A stretch of DNA of 59,796 nt from Fidelibacterota bacterium. GTDB lineage: Bacteria > Fidelibacterota > UBA2242. The stretch is taken from positions 1 through 59,796 of the forward strand of contig JADHYC010000005.1 in NCBI GenBank assembly GCA_016782645.1, read 5' to 3'. Shown in pieces: positions 50,787-59,796 of this stretch. Under the pieces are notes generated by a model. That model saw nothing but the letters and a program-made list of their open reading frames with translations. It did no database searches and was not told the DNA's origin. Positions within the stretch are counted from its first letter, which is position 1. Each line of letters begins with the position of its first letter. Made by a program: the position numbers and the translations under genes.

Positions 50787-53520
50787 TTGTTTAAAGAAAT
50801 GAATAAAAGAAGAGGTTCTGTAATGATAGCAAAATTTGAAGTAAAAGAAGAAAAATACAGAATTATGATAATAACAATTCTTTTAGCTATATGTTGTTTT
50901 TTAACTTATTATTTTCACGTAGTATTGAAAGACGATAGAATTTTTACACACTTTTTTTATATTCCAATTATCTTAGCATCAAGGTGGTGGCAAAGAAGAG
51001 GCTTTGCTGTGGCTGTGTTTTTAGCGGCATGGCTAATTTTAAGTCGCTTCTTTATTATAACGGATGTAGGAAAAACCAGTGATTTTTTTCGATCTTTAAT
51101 ATTTATAGTTATATCAAGTGCGACTGTTTTTTTATCTGAGAGGACTTGGAAGGCACAAAAGCGCATCAAGCATTTAAACGATATCCTCAAAGCTATTCGA
51201 TCTATTAATCAGTTGATTGTAGTGGAGAAGGACAGAAAAAGTCTGCTCCAGAAAGCCTGTGATACTATGATAGAAACAAGAGATTATTATGCGGCATGGC
51301 TTGGATTCCTGAAGGATAGTGAGAACTTTGCTATAGTTGTAGGTTCCGGTTTCAGGAAAGATTTATCTCAATTCTGCGAACAAGTGGTAGGCGGTGATCA
51401 TCCTCCCTGCATCAAAAACGCTCTCGCTCAGAAGGAGAAGCTCTTGATCGAGCACAAATCTAGAGAGTGCAGAGATTGCCTTTTCAAAGACGCATGCATG
51501 GGGGAAGTAACTGTAATTATTCGTATCGAATACGCTAACAGGTTATTCGGGCTGTTTGCTATATCGATGGGAGCTGATATTGCTAACAATGAAGAGGAAA
51601 AGATGCTCTTGTATGAGGTGGCTGGAGACATAGCGTTTGCTCTCTACAATATAGAATTGGAAGAGGAGATAAACAGATTAGCAAAATTCCCAAGCGAAAA
51701 TCCCAGTCCTGTGCTGCGTGTAAAAAAAGATGGCACGATACTTTTTGCTAACAAGGCAGCTACGCTCTTATTGAATGCCTGGGGGGGGTAAGGTGGACCA
51801 ACCTTTACCCGAAAGTAGTCGCAAATTCATTATGGGTGTTCTCAGTTCCGGCACAAGCAGAGAGACTGAAGCTGAATGTCAGGATTGTACGCTCTTACTT
51901 ACGTTTGTACCGGTGAAAGGTGAAGACTATGTCAATATATATGGGCTTGACATCACCGAGCGCCTGTCTGCCGAACAGGCAGGCAAACAGGCTGAGAAAG
52001 TGTTAAGAGAGACTGAGTTAAACTTCAGAGCTTTAGCTCAAAATGCATTTGATAGTATTGCAATAAATAATGAAGATGGTAATTATATCTATGTAAACAA
52101 TAGAGCTTCCGAATTATCAGGATACAGCATAAAGGAGCTATTAAAACTCAATATCACTGATTTAACTCCTACAGATGATATTAACAAGGTAGAAAATAGA
52201 TCCAAAAAAAGGATTAGAGGAGAACCAATAGAGGATATTTTTAAAGCAGTATTGCTCCGAAAAGATGGTAAGGAAGTACCAATAGAGGTAGCGGCAACAA
52301 GAACAATCTGGCAGGGAAGGCCTGTTGATATGGTCTTTTTTCGTGATATCAGTGAACGTGAGTTTCTTGAGAGGCAGCTTCGTCAGGCACAGAAGATGGA
52401 AGCGATAGGACAATTAACCGGTGGTGTAGCACATGATTTCAACAACCTGTTAACAATAATTTTGGGTTACAGCCAGGTTACATTAGATCACATTGATAAG
52501 GATGACCCAATTCGTAAGAGCATCAAGAAAATTTTAAGGGCTGGGAAACAGACAGCCACATTAACCCGGCAGCTTCTGGCATTTAGCCGGAAGCAGGTAC
52601 TTGAACCGAAGGTTCTGAATTTAAATGAAGTGCTCACCGATGTGCAGAAAATGCTTCAGCGTATTATTGGCGAAGATATTAAACTGGAAACTAATCTTGA
52701 TCCAAACTTGAAGAATGTTAAAGTTGATCCGGGTCAGGTTGAGCAGGTAGTAATGAATCTTGTTGTCAATTCCCGTGATGCTATGCCGGAAGGCGGCAAA
52801 ATCACTATCAAGACCGAAAATGTGGTTTTAGACAAAGACCTTTCTAGAGTTATTCCTGAATCTTTTCCGGGAAAATTTGTTCTTTTCTCGATTGAGGATA
52901 CGGGTGTTGGTATTGACAAATCAATACTCAACCAGATTTTCGAACCATTTTTTACTACGAAGGAAGTTGGAGTTGGTACAGGACTTGGTCTGTCAGTTGT
53001 TTATGGTATTATCAAACAGCATGATGGATGGGTTAATGTTTACAGTGAACCCGGGCAAGGCTCTACTTTCAGAGTCTACCTGCCGGCTATTTCTGCAAAG
53101 ATAGAAGACGAAAAGGAAGATGAGATTTTTTTAAAGGATTTTAAGGGTAGTGATGAGCGGATTCTGCTGGTTGAGGATGAGGCGGGAATATGCGAATTTG
53201 CTGCAGAGAACCTACGTGAAAATGGTTACATCATACTTGAAGCCGCAAGTTCAAAAGATGCTCTGGATATTTTTAAGAGTGAAGATGGGAATTTTGATCT
53301 GGTCTTTAGTGATGTTGTTTTACCGGATATAAATGGTCTTCAACTGGTTGATGAGCTCCTTTCTGTTAGGCCAGAACTTCGGGTTTTATTGTGTAGTGGT
53401 TATTTAGATACAAAGTCGCAATGGTCTGAGATTAGAAAGAGAGGATTTAGGTTTTTGCAGAAGCCGTACAGTATAGTCGATCTGCTTAAGACTATTAGAG
53501 AAGTTCTGGAGCAAAGATAG
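50787..53520 (+). pseudogene. Hybrid sensor histidine kinase (TM-GAF-PAS-PAS-HisKA-HATPase-REC) split by a frameshift at a G8 tract
   Basis: ORFs 50787-51791 and 51775-53520 overlap at G8 (51781-51788) and removing one G joins them; H-box GGVAHDFNN, GTGLGL, REC DLVFSD. Confidence 0.8.
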
Positions 53521-53544
53521 ATTTTCTCTTTGAAGTCCCATCGT

Positions 53545-54138
53545 TTAACCTTCCAAAGATTTCGAGCCTTCGGAAGATTTAGAGTCTTCGGAAAGTTTGT
53601 TTTCCCTATGACGCTTCCAATCGAATATAGATTTTATAATTATTATTGGAAGAATAATATAGAGAATGGCATTTATATATTGATCGCTAATGTTGCTTGG
53701 CCACGGAAAAGGATGAAATATGAAAAAATCAGTGGCTCTTCCAAGAAATAAAACTTCCAGAACATTTCCGGTTGCTCCTATCATCAGGGAGATGAGAGTT
53801 GAGAGAATTTTTCGGTCTGCTTTTGATTTTGGTTCTTTAACCAGAGAATGGGATATGGAATATATTAAGAAAGAAACTAATACAATCCCGAGAATAGCCC
53901 AGAGTTTATGGTTTCCGATTTCACCTAAAAGATAGTGGTATCCTGTATTGTGAGTGCGATATAGCACTAAAAATGGAAGAAATGTTTTAACACCTTCCTG
54001 AAATGGTAGATACAGATTGGCAATCACTTTTGTTATGAAGTCAATTACAAGAAGAACAACCCCAAATAAGTATGGATAAAAAAGTGGTGATTTCTTGATA
54101 TTCATAATATCAGATACCTCTAACCTATTTTTTTTCAA
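53545..54138 (-). CDS. lspA: Lipoprotein signal peptidase II, divergent
   Basis: IDFITK, NTG, GATGNVLE, ATDFF, SNISDQ correspond to LspA boxes with both catalytic Asp retained; start may be 54105. Confidence 0.75.
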   Translation of the reverse strand: MKKNRLEVSDIMNIKKSPLFYPYLFGVVLLVIDFITKVIANLYLPFQEGVKTFLPFLVLYRTHNTGYHYLLGEIGNHKLWAILGIVLVSFLIYSISHSLVKEPKSKADRKILSTLISLMIGATGNVLEVLFLGRATDFFIFHPFPWPSNISDQYINAILYIILPIIIIKSIFDWKRHRENKLSEDSKSSEGSKSLEG

Positions 54139-55192
54139 TCTGCGATTTATGAGTATTTCTGTATTTATTTAGAAAATTACCGGGATTCTTACGAATTCCT
54201 TCAACCTGTCGAAATATATCGGTGTAAATTTTTTTGATCTCATGTGACTTCTGTTCTGCTAAGGTATCTATGATAAGACCTTTCAGGATATTATTCCAAC
54301 CCTTTTCAAGCTCACTGTTTTTCGTCTGTATAGCACCAAGGAGAATCAATCCATTATCTGATGAAATGTCATGATATTTTGATGTTTGTGAAATAAGGTT
54401 CATTGCATAAATATAATTTTTCTCTCGGTAGGCATTCCATGCTAATTTTAAAAATAGCTGGAAATAATTCTGTTGAATATTATCTAACAGCCAGGATGTA
54501 TCTTTTTCACCTGGATAGATTTTCATTATATTTTCATAAGTGTTAACCTTAACACCTTCTATAAGCAGACGACTTGATAAATCAAGAAGTGTAGTATCTT
54601 TAGTCTGAAAAATGATATCAGAAAGGTTAATAAAATCGTTAGGGTCATACCATTCTGAATTAATGAGGAGATTTCCAACTGTTTCGGTTTCTTGCCATAT
54701 GACACTATCAGGAAGGGATAGGTTGGGATATAATTTCAGAAGAAATTTATATGCTTCAATTTTTAAATCCTTGTTCCTTTGTTGATTGAGAATTCTCTCG
54801 GTTTTATTCGCTACCGTTGTACTGTCTTGGTCTTGAATGCTATTAATGAAGAAATAAAGATTACAACGAATGTTATCGTTGGTTTCGTTAATTAGTAGCT
54901 TACTAAAATATTTAACAGCCTCTGATTTGAGGTTCAATTCTCTATACATTGTATTTAGAATATTAAAGTAAGTTTTACCGAGGCTGTCACTTTTTGGGTA
55001 ATTTGTAACAAATGTTCTTAACTGCTCAAGCCTATTTTCGGGATTTTCAATAGTAATAGCTGCTTGAAACTGCTCTATCTCCTTTTTAGAGTTACAGTGC
55101 AACATAAAAAGTGAAATAATGATGATTAGGAGAGATATTTTTATATTGGACTCAGTATGAAAAATGTTTTTATATATCTGCCGGATTGCCAT
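54125..55192 (-). CDS. Hypothetical helical-repeat (TPR-like) lipoprotein
   Basis: Hydrophobic stretch ending LFMLHC, helical repeats, FVTNYPKS; ATG 55192 is 3 bp after the upstream stop. Confidence 0.5.
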   Translation of the reverse strand: MAIRQIYKNIFHTESNIKISLLIIIISLFMLHCNSKKEIEQFQAAITIENPENRLEQLRTFVTNYPKSDSLGKTYFNILNTMYRELNLKSEAVKYFSKLLINETNDNIRCNLYFFINSIQDQDSTTVANKTERILNQQRNKDLKIEAYKFLLKLYPNLSLPDSVIWQETETVGNLLINSEWYDPNDFINLSDIIFQTKDTTLLDLSSRLLIEGVKVNTYENIMKIYPGEKDTSWLLDNIQQNYFQLFLKLAWNAYREKNYIYAMNLISQTSKYHDISSDNGLILLGAIQTKNSELEKGWNNILKGLIIDTLAEQKSHEIKKIYTDIFRQVEGIRKNPGNFLNKYRNTHKSQIEKK

Positions 55193-55194
55193 TT

Positions 55195-55776
55195 CTATTT
55201 TTTCTTTGCTAGTTTTTTCCACTTGTAAATTGTACTTTTACTGGGAATGAAACCCGATTTGACAGATCGTATATCTTGAGTGGATACAAACACATTTGGA
55301 TCAATTTCTCGGGCAAGTATAAGAACATTATCTATATTTTTTCTGGGAACAATGCTGAAAATAATATTTACCTTCCCTTTTCCTCCTGTTGCTTCAATAA
55401 CTGTTGCACCATATCCTTCATCACGAAGAGCCATTGTTAAAACATCAACAGTATCTTTTGTTATAAATCTAACTGCTTGAAGACCAAGTGCAATTTTCTC
55501 TTCAATTACTATTCCTACGTAATTACCCATGGCGAAGCCAAATCCATAGGCAATGAAACATGCAATATTTGAAAGGTGCTGCATAACTTGAGAAATAGCT
55601 AAAAGCCAGATTATTACTTCAAAGAAACCGAGAATCGGTGCTAATATTTTACTGCCTTTTGAAACCATAATAATGCGTATTGTTCCAATCGAAACATCGA
55701 GAATTCGGGCAATAAAAATAAGTAGAGGAACAATTACCCAGGTAAAAATAGGCGAATTTAAAAATAGAACGTTCAT
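55195..55776 (-). CDS. UPF0316/DUF2179-family membrane protein
   Basis: IFIARILDVSIGTIR, GFFEVIIW, GFAMGNYVG, IDPNVFV. Confidence 0.85.
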   Translation of the reverse strand: MNVLFLNSPIFTWVIVPLLIFIARILDVSIGTIRIIMVSKGSKILAPILGFFEVIIWLLAISQVMQHLSNIACFIAYGFGFAMGNYVGIVIEEKIALGLQAVRFITKDTVDVLTMALRDEGYGATVIEATGGKGKVNIIFSIVPRKNIDNVLILAREIDPNVFVSTQDIRSVKSGFIPSKSTIYKWKKLAKKK

Positions 55777-55862
55777 AATTTATTTCAACATAATTTATGA
55801 GGTTAAAAGTGTGTTATACAATAATTGAAAGGACATTATTTGTCATATATTGTTATTAGTAG

Positions 55863-56837
55863 TTATTCAAATAGTTCAATATTTCCACCGGTATGTATGA
55901 AAACCACATTTTCACCGGGAAAGATTTTGCCAGAGCGGCAGTAATCCAGGAGACCTGCTGCAGCTTTGCCAGTATATACATAGTCTAAAAATATTCCCTC
56001 TTTTCTTGCAAATAATGATACGGCTTCTTCACATTCGGGGGTTCGTTTACCGTATCCTGCTCCAATGTATGAATCATCTACATAAATAATATCTTTGCTT
56101 ATGTCTATTGTTAACGATTTGGCGGTTTCTCTGGCGAGTTCATAAACGATCTTTTTGAGTTCTACCTCAGTAACATCCACACTTATTCCGATAATTTTTC
56201 CATTCCATTTCGTAATTGATTGTCCGACGACGAGACCTGCCTGTGTACCTGCTGAAGATGAGGCAAGAATAATTTTGTCAATTTTGAGACTATTTTTTTT
56301 AAAGTCATTTATGAGTTCCGCAAAACCAGCAACATATCCAAGAGCGCCAACAGGAGTTGAGCCGCCGGGAGGGAGAAAATACACGGTTTTACCTTCTGAT
56401 ATTAACTTATCTCTTATTCGCTCTGCTTCTTCCATACGGACATCGGGATCAGTTGTGTCAATATGATGAATATTTGCTCCAAGCATGTGGTCGATAAGAA
56501 GATTTCCTGTAAATTTATAAGGCTTTTTGCCATTTAAAATGAGGTGAACTGAAAGTCCATATTTTGCTCCGACTCCAGATAGAATTCGGCAGAAATTTGA
56601 TTGATTTGCGCCAATACCAATAATTGTGTCATAGCCTTTTGATAATGCATCAGCAATTAAGAAATCAAATTTCCTGGTTTTATTTCCACTGAAAGTAAAG
56701 CCGGTAAGGTCATCCCTTTTAATATAGATATTACAGCCTACGATCTCTGAGATTGAATCGAGGCGATGGAAAGGTGTCGGTAGCACGGATACTATCCGTT
56801 TAGGGAATTTTTTAAGGAGGTCATCAATTTTACTCAT
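55863..56837 (-). CDS. D-cysteine desulfhydrase / ACC deaminase family PLP enzyme
   Basis: IKRDDLTG...GNKTRK, QSNF, SSAGTQAG, LDYVYTGK, FIHTGG. Confidence 0.9.
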   Translation of the reverse strand: MSKIDDLLKKFPKRIVSVLPTPFHRLDSISEIVGCNIYIKRDDLTGFTFSGNKTRKFDFLIADALSKGYDTIIGIGANQSNFCRILSGVGAKYGLSVHLILNGKKPYKFTGNLLIDHMLGANIHHIDTTDPDVRMEEAERIRDKLISEGKTVYFLPPGGSTPVGALGYVAGFAELINDFKKNSLKIDKIILASSSAGTQAGLVVGQSITKWNGKIIGISVDVTEVELKKIVYELARETAKSLTIDISKDIIYVDDSYIGAGYGKRTPECEEAVSLFARKEGIFLDYVYTGKAAAGLLDYCRSGKIFPGENVVFIHTGGNIELFE

Positions 56838-56946
56838 GAATTTTACCTTTACTATTTGGTATTGTCACATTTTTTCTCATTCAGCATCATGTTTTCCCGA
56901 AGGGATTCCTATGGAACACTTATTACGTTTCAGCACTTATGTAGGA

Positions 56947-57693
56947 TTAAATTCTTTTTGTTTCAATCAGCAGCCTTTTCCTTTTCTTTTCCGGAAATCG
57001 CTCAATTGCATATCTGACCGTTACTCTTGGAATGGCTGTATTATGCTTCAGGAGAAATTGTTCCAATCTTTTAGAATCTTTTTCCCCGGCTTCTCTCAAA
57101 AGCCATCCATTTGGTTTCTGAATAAGATCATTTGTATCTAATAGTAACTTTTCAACGATTGAATATACAGCGTCTAGTTTTTCACCGTGCCTCGCGAGTT
57201 TTACCAAAGAGACAATTGAACAACGGCGTACCCATAGATTTGGCGATTTAGACCAGTTGATTACTTTTGAGATAATTTTTGGGTAATTGTCTATTAGTGG
57301 TGCTGTTATTTTAAGACACAGGGAATCGACTATTGCCCAGTTATCACAATAGTTACTAAGAAGCCATTTTTCGATATTATTTAGGAAGTCTGGCGTAATT
57401 TCTTTTATATATCTGGTTAAGAAAAGAACGGAAATTAATTTTGCTTCGAGTTCCTGTTTTGAAATAAGTAATTCTGCAAAATTAATTGCTTCATTTAAAC
57501 TCCAGATATTTCTAACCTGTTTGTGAATTTCTTTTTCAATTGATTGTTGCTGAGCAGCATTTAATCCGAGAATTGTTATCTTCTCATCTGATTTGAAAAA
57601 CCTGCGCTGTGTTTTGGCTTCATCGGGGTGGGCTGACTCTTTTAAGAGTATTATGGTTTTTTCAGCAAGTTGTTGATCTGTTATTTTTTTCAT
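56947..57693 (-). CDS. DNA alkylation repair protein (AlkD-like)
   Basis: DNWAIVD, NLWVRR, DLIQKPNGWLLRE, RYAIERF. Confidence 0.88.
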   Translation of the reverse strand: MKKITDQQLAEKTIILLKESAHPDEAKTQRRFFKSDEKITILGLNAAQQQSIEKEIHKQVRNIWSLNEAINFAELLISKQELEAKLISVLFLTRYIKEITPDFLNNIEKWLLSNYCDNWAIVDSLCLKITAPLIDNYPKIISKVINWSKSPNLWVRRCSIVSLVKLARHGEKLDAVYSIVEKLLLDTNDLIQKPNGWLLREAGEKDSKRLEQFLLKHNTAIPRVTVRYAIERFPEKKRKRLLIETKRI

Positions 57694-57703
57694 CTAAAAG
57701 GTT

Positions 57704-58429
57704 TTATAATCCAAGAAACTGAATAGCTCCTCCACTTAAAAATATTGTTAACCCCGCAATTGCATGTGAATATTTTTCCATTTTTCTAAGAGGGAGAAAA
57801 GAAAGCCCGTAGAAAAACGCCAGAACTACCGTTAGCATTGTACCGATTGTTACAATGGCAAAGATGCCGGAAACAGCGAAAATCCCTATAATACTACTTT
57901 TGGCTGCCGGGTACATTATGAGTGGGATAAGAGGTTCGCAGGGTCCAAATATGAATATTATAAATAGAATCCACGGTGTTATTTTTTTATCAGATTCAGC
58001 TTCTTTTAGGTGTAGATGCATATGTTCTTCGGTATGAGAATGCAAGTGTGAATGAGCAATTTTATTGTCATGTAAATGTGTGTGTGTATGAGGTTTATTC
58101 TGGATTGCTCGCTTTATTCCCCAGATAAAGTAAGCTAAACCAAATCCGATTAACAGCCATGCCGCAAGTGAGCCTCTGAAAGACTCAATAATTTCCAGTT
58201 TTAATACGGCGATACCCAAGGCAATACCTATTAATCCGAGAATAACTGAACTCAAAACGTGCCCAATTCCACAGAGCAATGTAATAAATGCGGTTTTCCT
58301 TATATTCCATTGTCTTGCTTTGGACAGCATTATAAATGGGATATAATGGTCTGGGCCAAGTATCGTATGGACAAATCCAATTGATGCTGCAACGCCGATT
58401 AAAAGTGTAATGTCACCTGTCATTTGCAC
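57704..58429 (-). CDS. His-rich Ni/Co transporter-like membrane protein (UreH/NicO-type)
   Basis: HTILGPDH motif, CGIGH, His-rich loop HTHTHLH...HSHLHSH, GPCEP. Confidence 0.75.
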   Translation of the reverse strand: MQMTGDITLLIGVAASIGFVHTILGPDHYIPFIMLSKARQWNIRKTAFITLLCGIGHVLSSVILGLIGIALGIAVLKLEIIESFRGSLAAWLLIGFGLAYFIWGIKRAIQNKPHTHTHLHDNKIAHSHLHSHTEEHMHLHLKEAESDKKITPWILFIIFIFGPCEPLIPLIMYPAAKSSIIGIFAVSGIFAIVTIGTMLTVVLAFFYGLSFLPLRKMEKYSHAIAGLTIFLSGGAIQFLGL

Positions 58430-58499
58430 CTCGTTTATATAAGTTTACAATCTTGAATCGCTGATTTTGCATTAAGCTTATTATCATATTCATTTTTTA

Positions 58500-59255
58500 T
58501 CACTTTATAAATTTATTAAAAGTATCTTTGTATGAGATCCTTCTTATTTTAAAAAGATCGTTGTCCCGTTTTCCTGTAATAACCTCTCTGACCATTTTCT
58601 CCATTGCTTCGCTATATTTCTCAACATCATTCTTAGGAACAGATATCGGATTGATATCAAATTGCTTTTCAATTTTCCATAGACTGTCCATTGCTGCGTG
58701 TCCGATTAGATTGTATTTCTTATATGTAACGTGAAAAGCTGTATTTGTCTCTCTGCTTCCTATAAAGTAATGATATTCCCGTCTTGGAGCTTTTATTGAA
58801 TTGTTGATAAAGTATGTTGATTTCTCTTTATCCTGCCTTTTCGATACTCCAAGAATGTAGGCGATTACATCGCTGACAGTGTGATCCCTGCTGCTAACAA
58901 GCACGAATTCTCCCTTTTCCAACAATCCGTAGTCTTTTGAAAGGGAATCAACAACAAGAGCCGCAATTCGATATCCTCCCACTCCGCATAAACAGACATG
59001 TCCGAGATAAGCACAGACATCATCAAATCGTATTTCTGTCGCTTCGATTCCTTCGGGATAACTACCGGCTAATATCCCGTGATAATAATGGAATTTAATA
59101 GGTTTGATCTCTTTCAGATAGTTGTACTTTTTATTCCATCGCAAATCGTCTTTAGGTTGCGAGCAGGAGATAAAAAAAATCGCTGTTATAAATATCAAAA
59201 TCATAAGTAAAGATGACCTATTGTTTTTACATTTTATAAAAAAATACGTATGCAT
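58500..59255 (-). CDS. Lipoprotein with FmdE-like metal-binding domain
   Basis: Lipobox FFISC; CAYLGHVCLCGVGGYR resembles the FmdE HGHxCxGxxxGxR motif. Confidence 0.5.
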   Translation of the reverse strand: MHTYFFIKCKNNRSSLLMILIFITAIFFISCSQPKDDLRWNKKYNYLKEIKPIKFHYYHGILAGSYPEGIEATEIRFDDVCAYLGHVCLCGVGGYRIAALVVDSLSKDYGLLEKGEFVLVSSRDHTVSDVIAYILGVSKRQDKEKSTYFINNSIKAPRREYHYFIGSRETNTAFHVTYKKYNLIGHAAMDSLWKIEKQFDINPISVPKNDVEKYSEAMEKMVREVITGKRDNDLFKIRRISYKDTFNKFIK

Positions 59256-59474
59256 ATTTTAATTTCTCCTTCGTTGAATAATTTTGTCGAAAAGCGTGCT
59301 GAAATTACCTAATCCATCAGAGATTGTCAAACTGAAATAAGTGAGATCAGTTTACAACCTTGCAAAGATTTCTCCTATTTATTCAGATAAACCCTCGCAA
59401 GGGTTTTTATTTTCTTATTTTCTGTCTCTTTTAACTTGAAAAAATGTATTAAAATATTCATATTTTACTTCGTG

Positions 59475-59795
59475 ATGAGATTATTAAAAATATTTACTTT
59501 CTTACTATGTTTGTTAGTCTCAATATCATTTGCTCAAGAGGACGTTTCTATTCCTAAAGGATTACATTATAAGGAAATAAAGAGAGTAATTCCCCATGAA
59601 ATGCGCTCGTCTTTTAAAAGGGCAGAATCTTATTTGAAGAAGAATGATATGTTAAAAGCTGATCAATATTATATGAGTATTCTTACAAAAGGAGAAATTT
59701 TTTATGCGTTTTGGGGACGTGCATGGTGCCAATGGCAAGTTGGAAATTTAATAAATGCTAAAAAGCAGTTTGCGAATGCATATTCGTCTTGCGAC
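59475..59795 (+). CDS. Secreted TPR-like protein (runs off the right edge)
   Basis: Not in the ORF track. Open from ATG 59475: MRLLKIFTFLLCLLVSISFA signal peptide, then AFWGRAWCQWQVGNLINAKKQF. Confidence 0.6.
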   Translation, partial: MRLLKIFTFLLCLLVSISFAQEDVSIPKGLHYKEIKRVIPHEMRSSFKRAESYLKKNDMLKADQYYMSILTKGEIFYAFWGRAWCQWQVGNLINAKKQFANAYSSCD

Positions 59796-59796
59796 T

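Noticed and set aside
1-59796. tRNA, rRNA, riboswitch, prophage or intact IS
   Set aside because: I recognised no cloverleaf, rRNA-like tract, phage gene or transposase/integrase by eye. Covariance-model searches were not possible, so small ncRNAs cannot be excluded.

Overview
AT-rich bacterial chromosomal segment from a diderm, LPS-making organism. The gene content and the C-terminal SLPVELTSF/FlgD-Ig secreted-protein architecture suggest an FCB-group lineage such as Marinimicrobia, KSB1 or Calditrichota (inference). Most of the window is housekeeping: tlpA-dsbD, pyrEF, hisS, nth-folE-nfo, lpdA-lipB-lipA, cca, a Yip1/TolC/MacA/ABC exporter operon, gatC-kdsB-pyrG-kdsA-kdsC-kdsD-lptC-lptB-rpoN, hflKC, hslVU and argF, plus scattered accessory genes. 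I found no rRNA, tRNA, CRISPR array or intact transposase. The unusual content is small-scale. (i) An archaeal-type ATPase-wHTH gene is bracketed by three direct copies of a motif built on the palindrome TTAAGTACTTAA. (ii) At least six families of short palindromic or MITE-like elements occur, nested inside one another and inserted into coding sequences, sometimes in frame. (iii) A collapsed GxxExxY nuclease cassette between lipB and lipA retains its inverted arms, and there are empty footprints of similar cassettes elsewhere. (iv) A hybrid histidine kinase is split at a G8 tract. (v) Two other genes are pseudogenes. All assignments come from motif recognition only; no database searches were run.
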